A DNA stretch of 56,212 bases. Source: Octopus sinensis (lineage: Eukaryota). The notes beneath the pieces are model-generated. The model was not told the origin of the DNA. It searched no databases and saw nothing but the letters and a program-made list of their open reading frames with translations. Below are positions 51,925 to 56,212 of the stretch, in pieces. The translations under genes and the position numbers were made by a program. The first letter of the stretch is position 1. Each line of letters opens with the position of its first letter. The stretch covers positions 1 to 56,212 of the forward strand of contig NW_021833707.1 in NCBI RefSeq assembly GCF_006345805.1, given 5' to 3'.

Positions 51925-52085
51925 GCAAGCATAGCTGCGTGGTAAGAAGCTTGCTTCTTGAACACATGGTACTGGGCTCAGTTCCATGCGTGGCATCTTG
52001 GGCGAGTGACTTGTACTATTCGAGCCGAACAAAACCCTGTGTGTTGATTTGGTAGACCGAAAATGAAAGAAGCCCGTCGTATATA
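51925..52085 (+). mobile_element. SINE family A, 5' half
   Basis: TAGCTGCGTGGTAAGAAGCTTGCTT...GGCTCAGTTCC...GATTTGGTAGAC...AAAGAAGCCCGTCGT. Confidence 0.8.
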
Positions 52086-53282
52086 TGTGTGTATGTGTAA
52101 GTATTTTTTTTATTCGTTCGTGTTGCGTCAGAACATGACAGTGTAGTTGGTTTATATTCTTTATCTTGCTCGCAAATGTAGGTAATATGAAATTTACTGT
52201 ATCTAGGATGTTAAATACCTGGAATAAGTGGACGATGTCATTACATACTTTCGGTTGTTTTCTGTGGTTATATTTCAGATATGTAATTTTGTGGATAATG
52301 TTTTTTAAATATTTTTTCATTTTATAATAAAACCACGCTGTGAGAATCAAATTTAATACGAAATGTAGCAATAAGAAGTGTTGCAATGTTATTAAACAAA
52401 CGAGTCTTTTGACAGATTTAAAGCCAAGTGGAAGGGAAATTTCGAGTATGCTAATAAAGGCAACTAAAGTGTCGCCATTTTGGTCTTCTTATTTGAAATT
52501 TGTATTACGATTACAAATCCTTAAATCTTTGCCAAAAGCTTGCAGTATTGAAATTACACTTGCCAAAACCTGAATTGCCAATAACGTAGGCAAAATCTGT
52601 ATCCACTATTATTGGTATAGAAAGGTTTGAGTAGAATTATGTAGATATATTAATGAATTTATAATGACGGCGCATTCGTGAAGTGGAATTGTTATTGATC
52701 TAAACTTTTGTTCCGTGTCTGAACAGTAAAATGTAGTTTTAAATTGTACGAAGGTAAACTAAAAATACTTATATGTTGTGGCATGGTCGTTTAAGAGCTT
52801 CAATCCTTAACTATGTGGTTTCTATCTCATTGCCCGGTACACTTGGCAAATATCTTTTCGCGGTGCTCCGCATTAACAGAATCATCATGTGGGATATTTA
52901 CTATGAACTATGGTGTGCAGTTCCTCTTCTGGGTGGAATTACTTAATCCAGTGCCTGGCTTTGAAGGTCCGTCTAACAGGTTTGGTGCGTTTAGTGGAGA
53001 AACTCCAGTGAGAATTCATATCTCCCTTCGCAATAATGTCAGAATCTCTGGACATAACTTCATGATCTGCTTCATATGTGTGTTTGTGAACACATATAAG
53101 CTGTCTAGATAGACATTAACACACAGACACATACGGGGGCGAAATGATAAGAGGGAGAGGAGGAGGAGAGAGCTAAGAAGAGAGAAATAGGTTATGCGCA
53201 TATCTCTGTATGTGTGAATGCATATACCTTACAAATACACGCGCACACTCATAGACACATACTGGAACGAAATAATAAGAGT

Positions 53283-53321
<39 letters not shown>

Positions 53322-55116
53322 ATATATACATAGACAGACAGTGAGACAGCTACTGAGAGAGTCTGTACGCGTGTGTCTTTCTATGGATGTATGTGTGGGT
53401 GTGTATGTGTCTGCATGTATGTTTCTCTTTATGTGCACGTCTGCGCATGTATATGTGAACGTGTATGTGTGAGTGTGTATGTGTGTGCGCGCGCGTGAAT
53501 TCGTCATGTTTACATTTGTACGGTAACAAATCAATAATTGAAACCTTGATTGTTATAGATATCCCTATTGAACTTATGTCTTTCTTGGCTTTAAGTGTTG
53601 ACAAGGTTTCGCGCCTGCCTCTTCAGAATTATCTCATTGAACGGGATGTCGGGCTGTTTTTAATTTGTCAATATATGGATTTTCATTCGGGAAAATACTG
53701 CGTTGTGATTTCCAAGTCATGGGAAATCTGCCAATTCATGAGATCGTTCTCATCTATGTCCGTGTCACGTGACACAGGATGCGTTCAAAATGTTGCTGTG
53801 TGGAAGCTTCGAATGTTTTTCTCGGTGAATCGCTTATCATTTAACCTGGAATATTTCCAAACGCATACAATATCTTCTAATATATTAATTAAAGAATGGA
53901 TAGAAATTCAATATAATTGAGTAAAGTGTTGTTATTGGATGGCTGTGTCCAATATCTCAAGAAGGTTCCAATTGAGTGTGATAGTCCGATATTTGGCGAG
54001 GTAAGTGAACAGAAATCTGGTGGACCTCCGACCAGTCTGTTAATTTATACAAAATAGCAGGAAGGATGTAATTGGTGTTTCAGCTTAAATGATCTCGATT
54101 CTGTTTCAAATAGTCTAAATTAGTCTGAATAAGTCTAAAACAACATGAGTTACTGAGCCAGTGTTGTCTTCACCTCACCAGCATAAATCTGTTGACTTTA
54201 ATGTTTAATGCTTCTTGCATGAAATATAATAGCGTTAAAATAGATATTTATTTTACAACTGAATCATTTAATACAATATTCCGTCTTTTAGTTCATAGAA
54301 TTATGGTTTCATAGAATTATTGTTAACTCTAATTCACACGCAAGAGAAGATTTTATCAATGGATAAATGTTCTTATAACAGTTCTATTTATAACATATTT
54401 AAAATCCCTCTCAATCCGATAATTAATGCTTTGGGTTCAGAAACTAAACCTCAAGTATTTTATTTTCTAAAAGCTCATAGTATGAAAGACACGTGCCAAT
54501 AGAGAATATCTAGTTACAAAGAAAGTAATCACATATGATCACATCATTGAACATCGATCTATTTCCTGTTTTAAGACTTCCATATATTAACAGAAACACT
54601 ACAGATTTTCTGACGCCATACAATAATATGTAAACTAATAATTTGGTTTCTGAAATGACAGGGTTGTCTTCACTGTTTTAGCGTAATTATTGGAACTTTT
54701 TTATTATTTTAATGTTTAACATTAGCGCCCCTTAATTATATATTACGTATTCATGGGTAGCAAACTTATAATTTAAGTAAGTCCAGAGCATAATGACCCG
54801 CGTTTCACACCCCCTTAATTTCTTTCTCTGTACACGTGTATATGTTACCGTATATTATATTACATTGCGTGTATAATATACAAGAAATATAGAAAAAAGA
54901 TAATTATGCACCAACGCTCAAGATGTTATTAAATCATTTATATCTTCAGAGTGTTTGATTCTTTTTCCTATTTTCCCTATTTTCTTCCTAAATATATCTT
55001 GCTTGTCCCCGCATTGAAATTGCACACAAGCGTCTCCATTGTTTCCTAGGACACATAAGTAGCATTTAGCTACCCTGTAATTATTCCCTCATATTCTTCT
55101 TATATATTGTACATTC

Positions 55117-55149
<33 letters not shown>

Positions 55150-55176
55150 ATATATATAATATATATATAAAATATG

Positions 55177-55717
55177 CAGGGTTATACAAAATGAAAGACC
55201 AGATTTTAAATTTACTTTTGAAACAAAAGGTAAGAGACACAAACACATTCTACCTATTTCTTGATAGGGGAAGTTTTAAAGTTTATTTTAAGGTAGTATG
55301 CATTGTACATGAGCTCTGTGTGTTGCTCGACAAACATCGAAATATCGAAATCTTTTTCTGTTAATTTTTTATGCCATTTGTAAATTTGCTTGTGACGAGG
55401 TGGATGTTTATTGAATTGGCGGCGAAATTCACGTTTCACTTGCAGAATCAATTCGCATTTCTCAAACTGCAGCACACAAAAGGACTTTTCTTGTGGCGTC
55501 GCCATTTTCTAAGGGATTACACAAATGAAAATTATACAACTTTAAATAAAATGAACAAAATGAAACATTAAAATAAATTTAAAATATTATTTTATTGAAG
55601 GCTTGATTCAATTGATCATGTTCAGCTGTAAACTTTAAACCTTCCCCTGTCAAGAAATATGAAGAATGTGTTTGTGTCTCTTACCGTTTGTTTTAAAAAT
55701 AAATTTGAATAAGCCTG
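55177..55717 (-). mobile_element. Internally deleted Tc1/mariner element with ~90-110-bp TIRs
   Basis: Ends CAGGGTTATACAAA... and ...TTTGAATAAGCCTG-TA; the block GGTAAGAGACACAAACACATTCT...ATTTCTTGA(T/C)AGGGGAAG is inverted between 55177-55285 and 55629-55717. Confidence 0.85.
55254..55505 (-). pseudogene. Truncated transposase N-terminal HTH (DUF4817-like)
   Basis: MATPQEKSFCVLQFEK...QVKREFRRQFNKHPPRHKQIYKWHKKL matches the N-terminus of DUF4817-type Tc1/mariner transposases; no DDE domain follows. Confidence 0.8.
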
Positions 55718-55744
55718 TATATATATATATATATAAAAATGTAT

Positions 55745-55995
55745 ATAAAGTACCTACATCCAACCCATGTGGGTCCCTCAGGTCCTTCGGGGGGGGGGAT
55801 ACTGAAGAGCTGTGGTCCTCTATAGACCAGGCTATTTCAGTATATTGTCCTATATGTGGATGGCAAAATTTGAGTCCTTGGCACCCTCTTGTAGTATTTG
55901 TGTAACTCTCGATACCAAACTTTGGGACAAATCCCTCCGGGATCTTCCAGATGTATATTATGGCATATCTATCTCACATACGCTCTAAGGAATAG
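55745..55995 (-). pseudogene. CR1/L2-group LINE ORF2 C-terminal fragment
   Basis: YSLERM*DRYAIIYIWKIPEGFVPKFGI...NSLVYRGPQLFSIP..PKDLRD matches the SLERRR...WKI...LFN.LP tail of CR1-group ORF2. Confidence 0.8.
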
Positions 55996-56212
55996 GCATA
56001 GAAGTACATATGTATATAATTTGATAGGTTTCGACCAGTACTGGCTCCGGTGATGTCTAACGTAATAGCACCACCTAGCAAAGTAATTCAAATCAGAAAT
56101 CGGACAACATTGCCCACTCGACTAGAGAGTTATTATTTACAGAGACATGTCTGGGTGTAGAAGGTTTATCCGAAATTTTTTGAAGGAAACTGTTCAAAGA
56201 CGTCTTGAATAT

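Noticed and set aside
53530-54110. Possible very old RTE LINE fragment on the minus strand, and the 151-aa plus-strand ORF
   Set aside because: Only FTYL/RIL-like fragments; the plus-strand ORF has no recognisable domain.
1-56212. CRISPR arrays, rRNA, prokaryotic operons
   Set aside because: No repeat-spacer array or rRNA signature; the sequence is eukaryotic repetitive DNA.

Overview
AT-rich eukaryotic repeat-dominated DNA with no supportable host protein-coding exon. The SINE families and huge (TA)n/(TATG)n arrays look like a cephalopod (Octopus-type) genome; this is inferred from pattern recognition, not a search. Nearly all long ORFs in the track (YIYIHT/MYVC types) are microsatellite artefacts. 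The main system is a cluster of Penelope-like retroelements (PLEs) with hammerhead ribozymes (HHRs). (1) A young ~4.1 kb element (13068-17191) has two ~1.63 kb near-identical inverted arms around a 744-bp spacer. It carries an intact 260-aa GIY-YIG endonuclease ORF but no reverse transcriptase, and each arm holds a minimal type I HHR. (2) Three more decayed PLE coding relics lie at 1-560, 35180-36050 and 48073-50400, the last with its own HHR. (3) Several more minimal HHR-like motifs occur, including a loop-less ACGT variant, one inside a ~300-nt rod-like hairpin, and one in the tail of a tRNA-headed SINE-like composite. Also present: tRNA-derived SINEs (two with clear TSDs), RTE, CR1 and RLE LINE fragments, two mariner/Tc1 derivatives, a hAT-like MITE and several foldback elements. 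All alignments and folds were done by eye.
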